A stretch of 64,000 nt of DNA from Candidatus Shapirobacteria bacterium (GTDB lineage Bacteria > Patescibacteriota > Microgenomatia > UBA12405), in assembly GCA_041658955.1 (NCBI GenBank), contig JBAZZE010000002.1, positions 12,505 to 76,504 of the forward strand, written 5' to 3'. The notes beneath the pieces were generated by a model, which was not told the origin of the DNA, made no database searches, and worked only from the letters and a program-made list of their open reading frames with translations. A program made the translations under genes and the position numbers. Below, piece after piece: positions 9,856-18,810 of this stretch (position 1 is the first letter of the stretch; each line of letters starts with the position of its first letter).

Positions 9856-10285
9856 CGGATTTTAGGTTTAATTTTTGACTATCTCCAGAATTTAGTTCGA
9901 TGACATATTGGGATGGTGCAGTACTGCGGTAAAGTTTTTGTTGAAGGTCAGGGACTGAAGGTTGAGGTACCGCATTTTCAATATTGATAATTTTGCCATC
10001 ACCATCAAGGAAAATCATATCGAGTGGTATTAGAGTATTTTTCATCCAAAAGATTTGTTCTGTAGGTGCTTCGGAGACAAAGATCATGCCACAGTTACTG
10101 CAAAGTGAAGTTCTTTTCATTAGGCCGTTTGATTTTTGAGTGACAGTAGAGGCAATTTCCAGAGTGTATTCTTGATCCTTTATCTTTAAAGCAGTCTTTT
10201 TAAATGGAGTCAAAGCAAAGAAATTTTGATAAATAATGAAAGAAAAAATGCCTAGTGCTATTAGGATGATGATATTTTTTGCCAT
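9827..10285 (-). CDS. DUF192 family protein, N-terminal membrane anchor
   Basis: GLMKR..L...GMIF, FWMKNTLIPLDMIF, YVIELNSG signature. Confidence 0.9.
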   Translation of the reverse strand: MAKNIIILIALGIFSFIIYQNFFALTPFKKTALKIKDQEYTLEIASTVTQKSNGLMKRTSLCSNCGMIFVSEAPTEQIFWMKNTLIPLDMIFLDGDGKIINIENAVPQPSVPDLQQKLYRSTAPSQYVIELNSGDSQKLNLKSGDKIELPQF

Positions 10286-11451
10286 AGTGACTCCCCTATT
10301 CTATCCCAAGTATGGGTAGTTGCGTAGGACAATCCTTGAGAACCATATAGCTTTAGATCCTGCGGATTATTTAGCGAATTTATTTTTTTGGAGAGATCAA
10401 GTGGATCACCTGTTCTAAATATTATTCCAGCGTTAGAACGATTAATTAATTCGGTGGAGGTTGGTATGTCAGCGCCGATAACGGGAATACCTCGGGCCAT
10501 GGCTTCGAGTAAGACAATACCAAAACTTTCTTGAGTTGATGCTGAAATAAGAATTGAGCACTTGTCGAGCAATTTTTTGAGGTCTACATCGGAAAATGAA
10601 TTAATCAGGGATATCCGATTCTGGTAGGACTTAGGAAGTTTTTTGATTTTTGATCTAATAACCGGAGAATAGAGTGTAGTTTGTCCTGCTAGAGTTAGGG
10701 TTGTGGTTGGTGGAAGATGCTTTAGTGAATCAATGATAACTTCGATACCCTTGTGGGCGGCGAATGAACCAATATAAAGGAGTTTTAGCACTTTAGAAAG
10801 TTTGAGCCTTGGAACTTTAATTAGAAGGGATCTATCGATGCCATTACCCACGTTTATCATTTTGGACAATGGTATTCCAAAATGTTGATGAAAATAATTT
10901 GTTTCAAAATCAGTTAAGGTCCAAATAAAATCTGAAGACTTTAGAGCATGAATTAAAAAAGGATTATGAAAATCTTTATCAGTAGGATGAAAAGAAGCGT
11001 TGACAAGAATTTTAGTCTGATGGCGAATAATAAAATTTGAGATAAGCCGCAAGAAATTAGCATAGAGAACAATAGTGGTTGGTAGTGGACCGGCAATAAT
11101 ATAGTCTGGTTTGAATTGGAGATAAAACTTTAAAAACTTTAGAAATGGAAATGGTTTAAAGATCGGTCCTTTGGTAAATACTGAAAATATGGGAAAAAGT
11201 CTTGATACAAGTTTTAGTGGTCGATGGAAGATTGTATAAACTGGAAGTTTAAACTTAGAATTGTTCGAGTTTGGTTTAGTAAAGATGGTTCTATATGAAT
11301 GTGTGAAGTCGTCAGTGGAAGAGGCATCGCTACAAAGAGAGGCTACAGTGTGACCTTGGGTTTTAAAATAATCCCCTACTTTGTGAATAACTCTAGAACC
11401 GCCATCGATTGCGGGTGGGCAAATGTGACTGATTAGTAAAACACGGGCCAT
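10261..11451 (-). CDS. GT4 glycosyltransferase
   Basis: LLYIGSFAAHKG, ESFGIVLLEAMARGIPVI. Confidence 0.9.
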   Translation of the reverse strand: MARVLLISHICPPAIDGGSRVIHKVGDYFKTQGHTVASLCSDASSTDDFTHSYRTIFTKPNSNNSKFKLPVYTIFHRPLKLVSRLFPIFSVFTKGPIFKPFPFLKFLKFYLQFKPDYIIAGPLPTTIVLYANFLRLISNFIIRHQTKILVNASFHPTDKDFHNPFLIHALKSSDFIWTLTDFETNYFHQHFGIPLSKMINVGNGIDRSLLIKVPRLKLSKVLKLLYIGSFAAHKGIEVIIDSLKHLPPTTTLTLAGQTTLYSPVIRSKIKKLPKSYQNRISLINSFSDVDLKKLLDKCSILISASTQESFGIVLLEAMARGIPVIGADIPTSTELINRSNAGIIFRTGDPLDLSKKINSLNNPQDLKLYGSQGLSYATTHTWDRIGESLWQKISSS

Positions 11452-11474
11452 TTGTTATAGTATAGTTTACGAAT
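11452..11474. promoter_or_regulatory. putative overlapping bidirectional -10 elements (leaderless starts)
   Basis: 23-bp divergent spacer; TATAGT (+, 11461-11466) 8 nt before ATG 11475; TATACT (-, 11464-11459) 7 nt before ATG 11451. Confidence 0.6.
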
Positions 11475-12410
11475 ATGCTCAAAAAAGTATTGTCTTCGGA
11501 GTGGCTTAGGGCTGTCTTGTCAGTTGGACTTATATACTTTGCTTTTAGAAAGGTAGATGTCCTTCACCTGTTTAAAGAATTTACGATGGTACCGCCGTGG
11601 TTTGTGGTGGTAATGATTCTCTATTTTATTATGACTACCGCGATGGGCGGTATTCGCTGGAGCTGGCTAGTATTAGAAAAGACAGGTCTAAAAGATTATT
11701 GGAATTTCACTCGGGCAGCATATCTAGGTGGTTTTTATGGACTGTTTTTCCCGACCGGACTGGCGGCTGACGCTATTAAGTGGGTACCCCTTTTGAGTCG
11801 GTATCCGGAATTATCTAAAACCAAAATTGCTGCTTCAGTGCTGATTGACCGGATTATTGGACTCGCGGCGTTTGTAATCGTCGGGTTTGGGGCGCTGCTT
11901 ATGGGTCAGTCTCTGGGATATGTGTTTCCCCCTATATTACTATTGGTGTTTGGAGGATTATTCTTCGGAACTGTCGGTTTTTTTATTGTAGTTTTCTTAT
12001 TTGATTACGAAAAATATTTTGATAATTATTTTGGTAGGTTTACATTGTATAAGAGACTAATTCAGGTGATGGATATATTGAAAAAAGGTAATCGTAGAAG
12101 AATCCTTAATTGTTTTTTACTTTCCCTGGCTGCAGAGCCAATTTGGATGATACCAACTTGGTTTTATAGTAATATTTTTGGAGCCGGAGTAAGTCTATTG
12201 CAGGTCTATATTTTTATACCGGTAATTTCCTTAATTTTGCTTCTCCCGATATCAGTGGCTGGTTTTGGCGCTAGAGAGAACTTATTTTTATTTTTCTTAG
12301 TACCGCTGGGGTATGCTCCAGAAAAAGTTCTTCTGATGTCTACCTTTGGTGGAGTTTTGGCTGTGCTAAATAGCTTAATTGGTGGATTATTAATTTTTAT
12401 TAAAAAATGA
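11475..12410 (+). CDS. lysylphosphatidylglycerol-synthase TM domain / UPF0104 flippase-like membrane protein
   Basis: IRWSWL, FFPTGLAAD, SVLIDRIIG, LPISVAGFGARE motifs. Confidence 0.85.
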   Translation: MLKKVLSSEWLRAVLSVGLIYFAFRKVDVLHLFKEFTMVPPWFVVVMILYFIMTTAMGGIRWSWLVLEKTGLKDYWNFTRAAYLGGFYGLFFPTGLAADAIKWVPLLSRYPELSKTKIAASVLIDRIIGLAAFVIVGFGALLMGQSLGYVFPPILLLVFGGLFFGTVGFFIVVFLFDYEKYFDNYFGRFTLYKRLIQVMDILKKGNRRRILNCFLLSLAAEPIWMIPTWFYSNIFGAGVSLLQVYIFIPVISLILLLPISVAGFGARENLFLFFLVPLGYAPEKVLLMSTFGGVLAVLNSLIGGLLIFIKK

Positions 12411-13378
12411 TTTTAATTGTCGGAGGAGCTGGATATATAGGTTCTCAAGTAAATAAATATTTAACGAAAGAGGGTTATGAAACGGTAGTGTTTGACAACT
12501 TGAAGACCGGGCATGAAGAAGCCATTAAATGGGGTAAATTCTTTAAGGGAGACCTAGCCAATATCGCCGATATTGAAAAGGTGTTTACAGAATATAAGAT
12601 TGATTTGGTATTTAATTTTGCTGCCTATATTGAAATGGGTGAATCGGTAGCTGAGCCTGAAAAATATTATTACAACAATTTGGTAAACACTCTAAATCTG
12701 TTGTCGGTAATGCGCAAACATGGGGTGGATAAAATAATCTTTTCCTCGACGGCTGGAGTGTTTGGAGTGCCAGAAAGAGTACCGATTGCCGAGGATGATC
12801 GAAGAGAACCTATCAATCCCTATGGCCAGACAAAGTTCATGATCGAGAATGTCTTTAAAGACTACGGACTCGCGTATGGACTTAAGTATGTCGTTTTTAG
12901 ATATTTCAACGCTTGCGGAGCCGATCGTGATGGTGAGCTAGGCGAGAGTCATCAACCAGAATCACATCTTATCCCGCGGATTTTTATGTTTGCCAAAGGA
13001 GAGCTACCAGAATTTGTAATCAATGGTGATGATTTTGATACACCGGACGGGACTTGTATTCGAGATTATGTTCATGTGGAAGATCTGGCAAGAGCACACG
13101 TACTAGGCGTAAAACACCTTCTAAGTGGCGGCGAGAGTAAATTTTATAACCTGGGAAGTGGTAGTGGTTATTCCAACAAAGAAGTGGTTGAAGCCGTCAA
13201 AACAGTTACTGGAATTCCCTTTGAAGTAAAGTTCGGCGCCCGCCGCGCGGGTGATAGTCCTCGGCTACTAGCTAGTATCGACAAAGTCAAAGCTGAGCTA
13301 GGCTGGGAACCAGAATATAAAAAAATTGAAGATATTGTCAAAACTGCGTGGGCGTGGGAACAGAAGAAATCGTTGTGA
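12407..13378 (+). CDS. galE: UDP-glucose 4-epimerase (copy 1)
   Basis: GGAGYIGS, FSST, PYGQTK, RYFNACGA, TPDGTCIRDYVHV. Confidence 0.95.
   Translation: MILIVGGAGYIGSQVNKYLTKEGYETVVFDNLKTGHEEAIKWGKFFKGDLANIADIEKVFTEYKIDLVFNFAAYIEMGESVAEPEKYYYNNLVNTLNLLSVMRKHGVDKIIFSSTAGVFGVPERVPIAEDDRREPINPYGQTKFMIENVFKDYGLAYGLKYVVFRYFNACGADRDGELGESHQPESHLIPRIFMFAKGELPEFVINGDDFDTPDGTCIRDYVHVEDLARAHVLGVKHLLSGGESKFYNLGSGSGYSNKEVVEAVKTVTGIPFEVKFGARRAGDSPRLLASIDKVKAELGWEPEYKKIEDIVKTAWAWEQKKSL
12414..12438 (+). repeat. 25-bp exact direct repeat shared with 14435-14459
   Basis: TAATTGTCGGAGGAGCTGGATATAT at the 5' end of both galE paralogs. Confidence 0.85.
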
Positions 13379-13390
13379 TATAAGTAAACA

Positions 13391-14062
13391 GTGATAATAA
13401 ATATTATTGTTCCGGTATGTAATGAGGAAGGAAGAGCGGTAGATACCATTCGGGAAATACTCATAATTAGTAGGAATAACTTGATCGTAGTGGATGATGG
13501 CTCGACTGATAAGACGTTTTCGATATTGAAAAAGAATTTTCTTCTGAACAAACGGATTACGCTTTTGTCTCATGCGTTTAACTTAGGTAAGGGTGCGGCA
13601 GTCAAAACGGGGGTGGAAAAAGCGTGGGAGAATGGTGCAGAGGCAATAATTGTAATTGATGCTGATGGTCAGCATAATCCCAAGCATTTGCCAGAATTTG
13701 AGAAAGAATTGATTAGAAACAGAATTGTCTTTGGTTATCGAGACATGGGAGTTAAGGCACCACTAGTTCGTCGTTATGGAAATATAGTGGCATCAAAATT
13801 GATTGGACTTATATTCAACATTCATAAAAAAGATTTGTTATCGGGATACCTAGCTTTTAGAAAAGAGGTTTATCCCCTACTTCGATGGTATTCGACACGG
13901 TATGGACTAGAGACAGAAATGGCCGCAAAAATAGGTAGAAATAATTTGGCTTTTTCTGAAATTAAAATTGATACAATTTATAAGGATAAGTACAAAGGAG
14001 TATCGATACTGGATGCCATTAAAATCCTTTTGCAAATCCCAATTTGGTTTTTTGAAAAATGA
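13391..14062 (+). CDS. GT2, polyprenyl-phosphate sugar synthase (DPM1-like)
   Basis: VVDDGSTD, NLGKGAA, IDADGQH, GLETEM; 223 aa with no TM helix; GTG start. Confidence 0.88.
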   Translation: MIINIIVPVCNEEGRAVDTIREILIISRNNLIVVDDGSTDKTFSILKKNFLLNKRITLLSHAFNLGKGAAVKTGVEKAWENGAEAIIVIDADGQHNPKHLPEFEKELIRNRIVFGYRDMGVKAPLVRRYGNIVASKLIGLIFNIHKKDLLSGYLAFRKEVYPLLRWYSTRYGLETEMAAKIGRNNLAFSEIKIDTIYKDKYKGVSILDAIKILLQIPIWFFEK

Positions 14063-14388
14063 ACATCCAAGGAGTCCAGCTAGCATTACTAGGGTTTGCT
14101 TTATTCATGATCTATGTACTATATCTTCATTTTAAAAAAAGAGAAATAACTCCACTAATTTTTTTGGCGTGGATGATTATTTGGAGTATGTTTATCACTG
14201 TTGTTCTGTTTCCAAAAATTCTTCAACCTTATTTGAACAATATGTTCATGCTGACAGTAGTGGATCTAATTATGGTGATAGCGTTTATGGTACTGACTTT
14301 TGTGACGGTCGAAAATAATATTAAGATCAGAACACAAGAAGAAAAAATGGAAATACTAGTGAGAAAAATAAGTAATGTTAAAAAATAA
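14059..14388 (+). CDS. DUF2304 family small membrane protein
   Basis: 109 aa, three TMs, W...W, FP, C-terminal EEKMEILVRKIS; coupled to a DPM1-like GT2 as usual for this family. Confidence 0.75.
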   Translation: MNIQGVQLALLGFALFMIYVLYLHFKKREITPLIFLAWMIIWSMFITVVLFPKILQPYLNNMFMLTVVDLIMVIAFMVLTFVTVENNIKIRTQEEKMEILVRKISNVKK

Positions 14389-14394
14389 AATAAT

Positions 14395-15399
14395 ATGTTT
14401 CAGGCTATGGATAGAAAAAAAATAAGAAACATACTAATTGTCGGAGGAGCTGGATATATTGGATCGCATGTGAACAAGGAACTCTCAAGAAATGGCTATA
14501 AAACAATTGTACTTGATAACCTTTCGACCGGAAGTGAAGACTCAGTAAAATGGGGAAAATTTATTAAAGGTGATTTAGGTGACACAGATGTTTTAGATAA
14601 CGTTTTTAAAAACCATCTAATTGATGCCGTAATGCACTTTGCGGCATATAAAGCTGTGGCTGAGTCGATGATTGACCCAAGAAAATACTATCAAAATAAT
14701 GTAATAAACACGATAAATTTATTGAATGTGATGATGCGCCACAAGATAGACAAATTTGTTTTTTCTTCTTCTGCAGCTACTTATGGCGATGCAAGATATA
14801 ACCCTGTTGATGAGCTACATCCACAATTACCGATGAACCCGTACGGTCGGACAAAGTTGATGATAGAACAAGTGTTAATGGATTATTACCATGCTTATGG
14901 TTTCAAATCAGTATCTTTTCGGTATTTTAACGCGGTCGGGGCAGATAGAGACTCTGAAATTGGTGAGCGAAGTGGTGCTGGTCTAAACCTGATACCACTT
15001 GTTTTTGATGCTGTTTTTGGTAGAAAAAATAGTATTAGTATATTTGGTACTAACTATTCAACTCCTGATGGTACTTGTGTCCGCGACTATATACATGTAT
15101 CCGATTTGGCAATGGCACATATTAAAGCACTAAGTTTTTTTGATAGTGGAGGTGAATATGATGTATTTAACCTTGGTAATGGAAAGGGCTTTTCTGTTCG
15201 TGAGGTTATCGATACCACCAAGAAAATCACTGGAGTTGATTTTAATGTAATTGAAACAGATCGACGAGCTGGTGACTCAGAAATAGTAGTGGCAGATAGT
15301 AGTAGAGCTCAAAAAGTATTGGGTTGGAGTCCTGAGTACACTGACTTGAGAAAAATTATTGAGACAGTATGGAAGTGGGAAAATAAGAAGAAAATCTAA
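14395..15399 (+). CDS. galE: UDP-glucose 4-epimerase (copy 2)
   Basis: GGAGYIGSH, FSSSAATYG, PYGRTK, TPDGTCVRDYIHV; start may be ATG 14407. Confidence 0.95.
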   Translation: MFQAMDRKKIRNILIVGGAGYIGSHVNKELSRNGYKTIVLDNLSTGSEDSVKWGKFIKGDLGDTDVLDNVFKNHLIDAVMHFAAYKAVAESMIDPRKYYQNNVINTINLLNVMMRHKIDKFVFSSSAATYGDARYNPVDELHPQLPMNPYGRTKLMIEQVLMDYYHAYGFKSVSFRYFNAVGADRDSEIGERSGAGLNLIPLVFDAVFGRKNSISIFGTNYSTPDGTCVRDYIHVSDLAMAHIKALSFFDSGGEYDVFNLGNGKGFSVREVIDTTKKITGVDFNVIETDRRAGDSEIVVADSSRAQKVLGWSPEYTDLRKIIETVWKWENKKKI

Positions 15400-16370
15400 G
15401 TTTTATTTTTCATTAGGTCGAAAAAGATGCGACGTTTACTCATCGTTCTGGAGTGTTTAGCTAGAACTGGAAAGTATGCATGAAAAAGTGCCTGAGGGAC
15501 AGTGATTATTGATTTGAATCTATCTATTTTGACTGTTTGTTTGATGAGTCCTGACATATTGCGCAGTCTTTCTTCAATGATTTGGAAGATATTATCTATA
15601 AGTTCTTTCTTTGTATAAAGTTTTTGGATGATAAATATCCAGTTTTTGGAATCATGAATATGTCTAAAGTTCCCCATTTTTTTACTAGTACCGCCACCGA
15701 GGTGGTATGAAATGGCGGATGGGACCAGAAGTGTTTTGTAACCTAGTTTATGTAAGCGAAGGTTTACGTCAACATCTTCTTCGTACGCAAAGAAATCTTC
15801 ATCAAATAGTCCAATGTTAATTAAAGTTTGTCGATGATATACAATTACTGCTGCTGTACTTCCCCAAATAATTGAGTTGATCATTCTTTGATTTTCTTTT
15901 TTGTCATACACTTTTCCTGAATCTATGTTTTCACACTTACCTGAATATTTGAAGTTTAGGCCAGTAGATTCATAGTGTGTTCCTGCTTTGTTCAAGACAG
16001 ATCCACAAAAAGTTACCATTCTATTATTTTTAGACCTTTCTATCGCGTTGATTATTTTAGGAAACCAGTCTGGTTCAAGGGTCAGGTCGTTATTAAGTAA
16101 ACAAACGTATTCGTACTTAGCTTTGATAATTCCTTGGTTCACCGCAGGGGCGAATCCCCTGTTTATTTTGTTATATATTACTGTTTTATCCTGCTTGGCT
16201 AGGACTTTGTTAAATACTTCAACGCTATTATCGGAGGAACCGTTATCGACCAGAATAATTTCAAACTTAGAATTGCTGCATAATGAAATAGATTTGATGA
16301 GAGCTTTAAGGCAATCTTCTAGATATGTAACACCGTTATAACTAGGAATAATAATTGAAACGTTTGACAT
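15396..16370 (-). CDS. GT2 glycosyltransferase (paralog of 8959-9855)
   Basis: Same motifs (SKFEIILVDNGS, TFCG.VL, CENI, WGS.AAV). Start moved to ATG 16370 because track start 16388 lies inside an extended -10 box TGGTATAAT (16395-16387). Confidence 0.88.
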   Translation of the reverse strand: MSNVSIIIPSYNGVTYLEDCLKALIKSISLCSNSKFEIILVDNGSSDNSVEVFNKVLAKQDKTVIYNKINRGFAPAVNQGIIKAKYEYVCLLNNDLTLEPDWFPKIINAIERSKNNRMVTFCGSVLNKAGTHYESTGLNFKYSGKCENIDSGKVYDKKENQRMINSIIWGSTAAVIVYHRQTLINIGLFDEDFFAYEEDVDVNLRLHKLGYKTLLVPSAISYHLGGGTSKKMGNFRHIHDSKNWIFIIQKLYTKKELIDNIFQIIEERLRNMSGLIKQTVKIDRFKSIITVPQALFHAYFPVLAKHSRTMSKRRIFFDLMKNKT

Positions 16371-16455
16371 TTGTTTTACTAAGAACATTATACCAATACT
16401 TAGTTTAATCTTTTATAAAAATATAAATAAATAGTGTTTATATAATTTAATATAC

Positions 16456-16464
16456 TGTTATAAT
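16456..16464 (+). promoter_or_regulatory. extended -10 promoter element TGnTATAAT
   Basis: TGTTATAAT then 6 nt then ATG 16471; no Shine-Dalgarno. Confidence 0.7.
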
Positions 16465-16470
16465 GTAAAA

Positions 16471-17445
16471 ATGAGAGACAAAGTAATAGACGTAGCAAGA
16501 GGGATTGCTATTATTTTGGTAATTATAGGACACTCGATACAATATAGTGTACCAGCTTTTGATAGTAATTTAATTTTTAGATACATTTATTCTGTTCACA
16601 TGCCGTTGTTTATGTTTATAAGTGGTTATACATTATTTTTTAGTAGAAATAGAATAAATATTAATTTTTTGATTAAAAAATTCAATTTACTTGTAGTCCC
16701 CTTTTTCTCTTGGTTTATTATTAGTTTTTATTTAAAAAACACTTATTTAACTCAAAGTTTCATCACTAGGTTAATCCAACTTTTAAAGTCACCTGATTAC
16801 GGATTGTGGTTTTTATGGGTGCTTTTTTTAATAAATATTATTTTTATTTTATTATTTTTTATTATTGATAAATTAAAATTTTACGAACTAGAAGATATAT
16901 TTATAATATTTGGTATTTACTTAATCTCAATAATTCCAACAAATGTATTAGGATTGCATCTAGTAAAGTGGTATATTGTATTTTTTTGTATAGGTTATTT
17001 TGTATCAAAGTTTAAAACTATATTATTAAAATCATTGGTTAATTATCAATTTTTAGCGGTATTGCTTTTTGTACCATTTGCATATTTCTGGAATAGAACA
17101 ACCCCACCATCTTTTAATTTGTATTTAGGAAACCATTTTACAAGAGAAATTGTAACAGTAATTACTAGTTTGTATTTATATTTAACACCTTTAACAGGGA
17201 TTGCTACTATACTGTCTGTTTCTAACATTGTTTCAAAACTTAAATATTCAAATATATTTATCTTTATTGGTGGAATTACTTTAGAGATTTATAGTTTACA
17301 TACTTTTTTCTTACATACCCATGGTCAAAGTTTCCTTAATATAAGTTATACATTTTTTACAACTTTAGCTTCTACAATATTGGCCATAATTATATTGAAG
17401 AAAATTATGTTTCTTCGATATATTCTTTTTGGGAGGATAAGTTAG
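16471..17445 (+). CDS. acyltransferase family 3 (OafA/NolL-like) membrane O-acyltransferase
   Basis: IDVARGIAIILVIIGH, HMPLFMFISGY, LWFLWVLF, TLEIYSLH. Confidence 0.92.
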   Translation: MRDKVIDVARGIAIILVIIGHSIQYSVPAFDSNLIFRYIYSVHMPLFMFISGYTLFFSRNRININFLIKKFNLLVVPFFSWFIISFYLKNTYLTQSFITRLIQLLKSPDYGLWFLWVLFLINIIFILLFFIIDKLKFYELEDIFIIFGIYLISIIPTNVLGLHLVKWYIVFFCIGYFVSKFKTILLKSLVNYQFLAVLLFVPFAYFWNRTTPPSFNLYLGNHFTREIVTVITSLYLYLTPLTGIATILSVSNIVSKLKYSNIFIFIGGITLEIYSLHTFFLHTHGQSFLNISYTFFTTLASTILAIIILKKIMFLRYILFGRIS

Positions 17446-18803
17446 ATAAACTTAATTTTGTTAGTTGCAAATACGACCATTTTCATGAGTAACCATCCGT
17501 GTTTGAATCTAGATATGTTTGTTGATCCGTATTCCCTGGCTTTATATCGGATAGGTACTTCAGAGAATTTCAAATTCATCTTGGCACAACCAAAAATTAA
17601 ATCGTAATCTCCAAAAGGATCAAAATTTCCAAAATAATTTCGGTTTTTTTCAAGTTTTTTATAGTTTTCACTTGTAAGTACTTTGGTCCCGCATAAAGTG
17701 TCTTTAATTTGTTGATCTAGAAGCCATGAAAATGCAACTGAAAAAAATTTGTTACCAATTATATTCAAAAAACGCATAGCTTCATCTTCCATTGGATAAA
17801 CTAATCGACAACCGTTTATATATTCACCTTTCCCAGAGTTTATGGCATTGTAAAATTTCGGAAGATCTTCCGGTGGTACTGTAAGATCTGCATCTAAAAT
17901 CATTAAGATATCACCTGTTGCAATGGAAAAACCTTTTCTGACCGCATCCCCTTTTCCAATACCTGTTTGTTTTGTGTATAAAATATTTCTGTCTTTGTAC
18001 TTTTTAGCAATTCTAATGATTTCTTCGTAGGTTCCGTCTGTGGATCCGCCTTCTACAAAAATAATTTCAGTTTTTTTTCCCATAATTGGAGTTCTTAAGA
18101 CGGCGTTTTCAATATTACCCTTTTCATTTCTGGCGGCAATGACAACACTTACAGAGTGCTCCAATGGATTATTTTTTGTGTATCTAGCAATTATGTAATT
18201 AGTTAAATTAAATAATTTAAATACAGGGAACTTACCTACATATTTATTTAAAAGATTCGAAAATATAGGTATATAAATTGGAAAAAGAAACCTACTTCCG
18301 CTTTTTATAACTTGATAACCTTCTAAATCTAACAAATTACATATATCGTTGGTAGTAAGCCAATTAGTTCTTTTTTGTGGTGCCTTTAATCCTAGTTTTT
18401 CAGCTATATCAAGTAGAGGAAGCCATAAAAAGCTGTGGTAGTTTATTATTATCCGGGTATTTTCATTACAATTATTTTTTATTTGATTAAATAGGTACTG
18501 AATATCATTTATCTTTGATAATTGGTCAGAAATTATAATATAGTCAAAGGTACCTTTTATATTAATAGAATCTTCTTTTGCGTAAATGAACTTTATGTGA
18601 CGATATTTTTTTGTTGCGAATTCGACTAAATGTTTTTCAAACTCAATACCCACACCATTTTTCGGCTTTAAGCTATTAATTAAGTAGCCAGTTTTTGAGC
18701 CTATTTCAAGAACACTTGACCCTTCTGGAATATTAAATTTAAAGAAAGATTCTAAATCATGATGATAAAAAATATTTTTATTTATCCATTTTTCTTCATT
18801 CAT
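17442..18803 (-). CDS. class I methyltransferase-like domain fused to DPM-synthase-like GT2
   Basis: N-terminal SVLEIGSKTG...FDYII; C-terminal SVVIAARNE, GKGDAVRKG, ILDADL, DTLCGTK. Confidence 0.85.
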   Translation of the reverse strand: MNEEKWINKNIFYHHDLESFFKFNIPEGSSVLEIGSKTGYLINSLKPKNGVGIEFEKHLVEFATKKYRHIKFIYAKEDSINIKGTFDYIIISDQLSKINDIQYLFNQIKNNCNENTRIIINYHSFLWLPLLDIAEKLGLKAPQKRTNWLTTNDICNLLDLEGYQVIKSGSRFLFPIYIPIFSNLLNKYVGKFPVFKLFNLTNYIIARYTKNNPLEHSVSVVIAARNEKGNIENAVLRTPIMGKKTEIIFVEGGSTDGTYEEIIRIAKKYKDRNILYTKQTGIGKGDAVRKGFSIATGDILMILDADLTVPPEDLPKFYNAINSGKGEYINGCRLVYPMEDEAMRFLNIIGNKFFSVAFSWLLDQQIKDTLCGTKVLTSENYKKLEKNRNYFGNFDPFGDYDLIFGCAKMNLKFSEVPIRYKAREYGSTNISRFKHGWLLMKMVVFATNKIKFI

Positions 18804-18810
18804 AGTTTTT

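Noticed and set aside
15691-15718. GC-rich inverted repeats CCGCCA...TGGCGG and CCACC/GGTGG as another palindromic insert
   Set aside because: Encodes the conserved SAISYHLGGG motif also present in the paralog; no length difference
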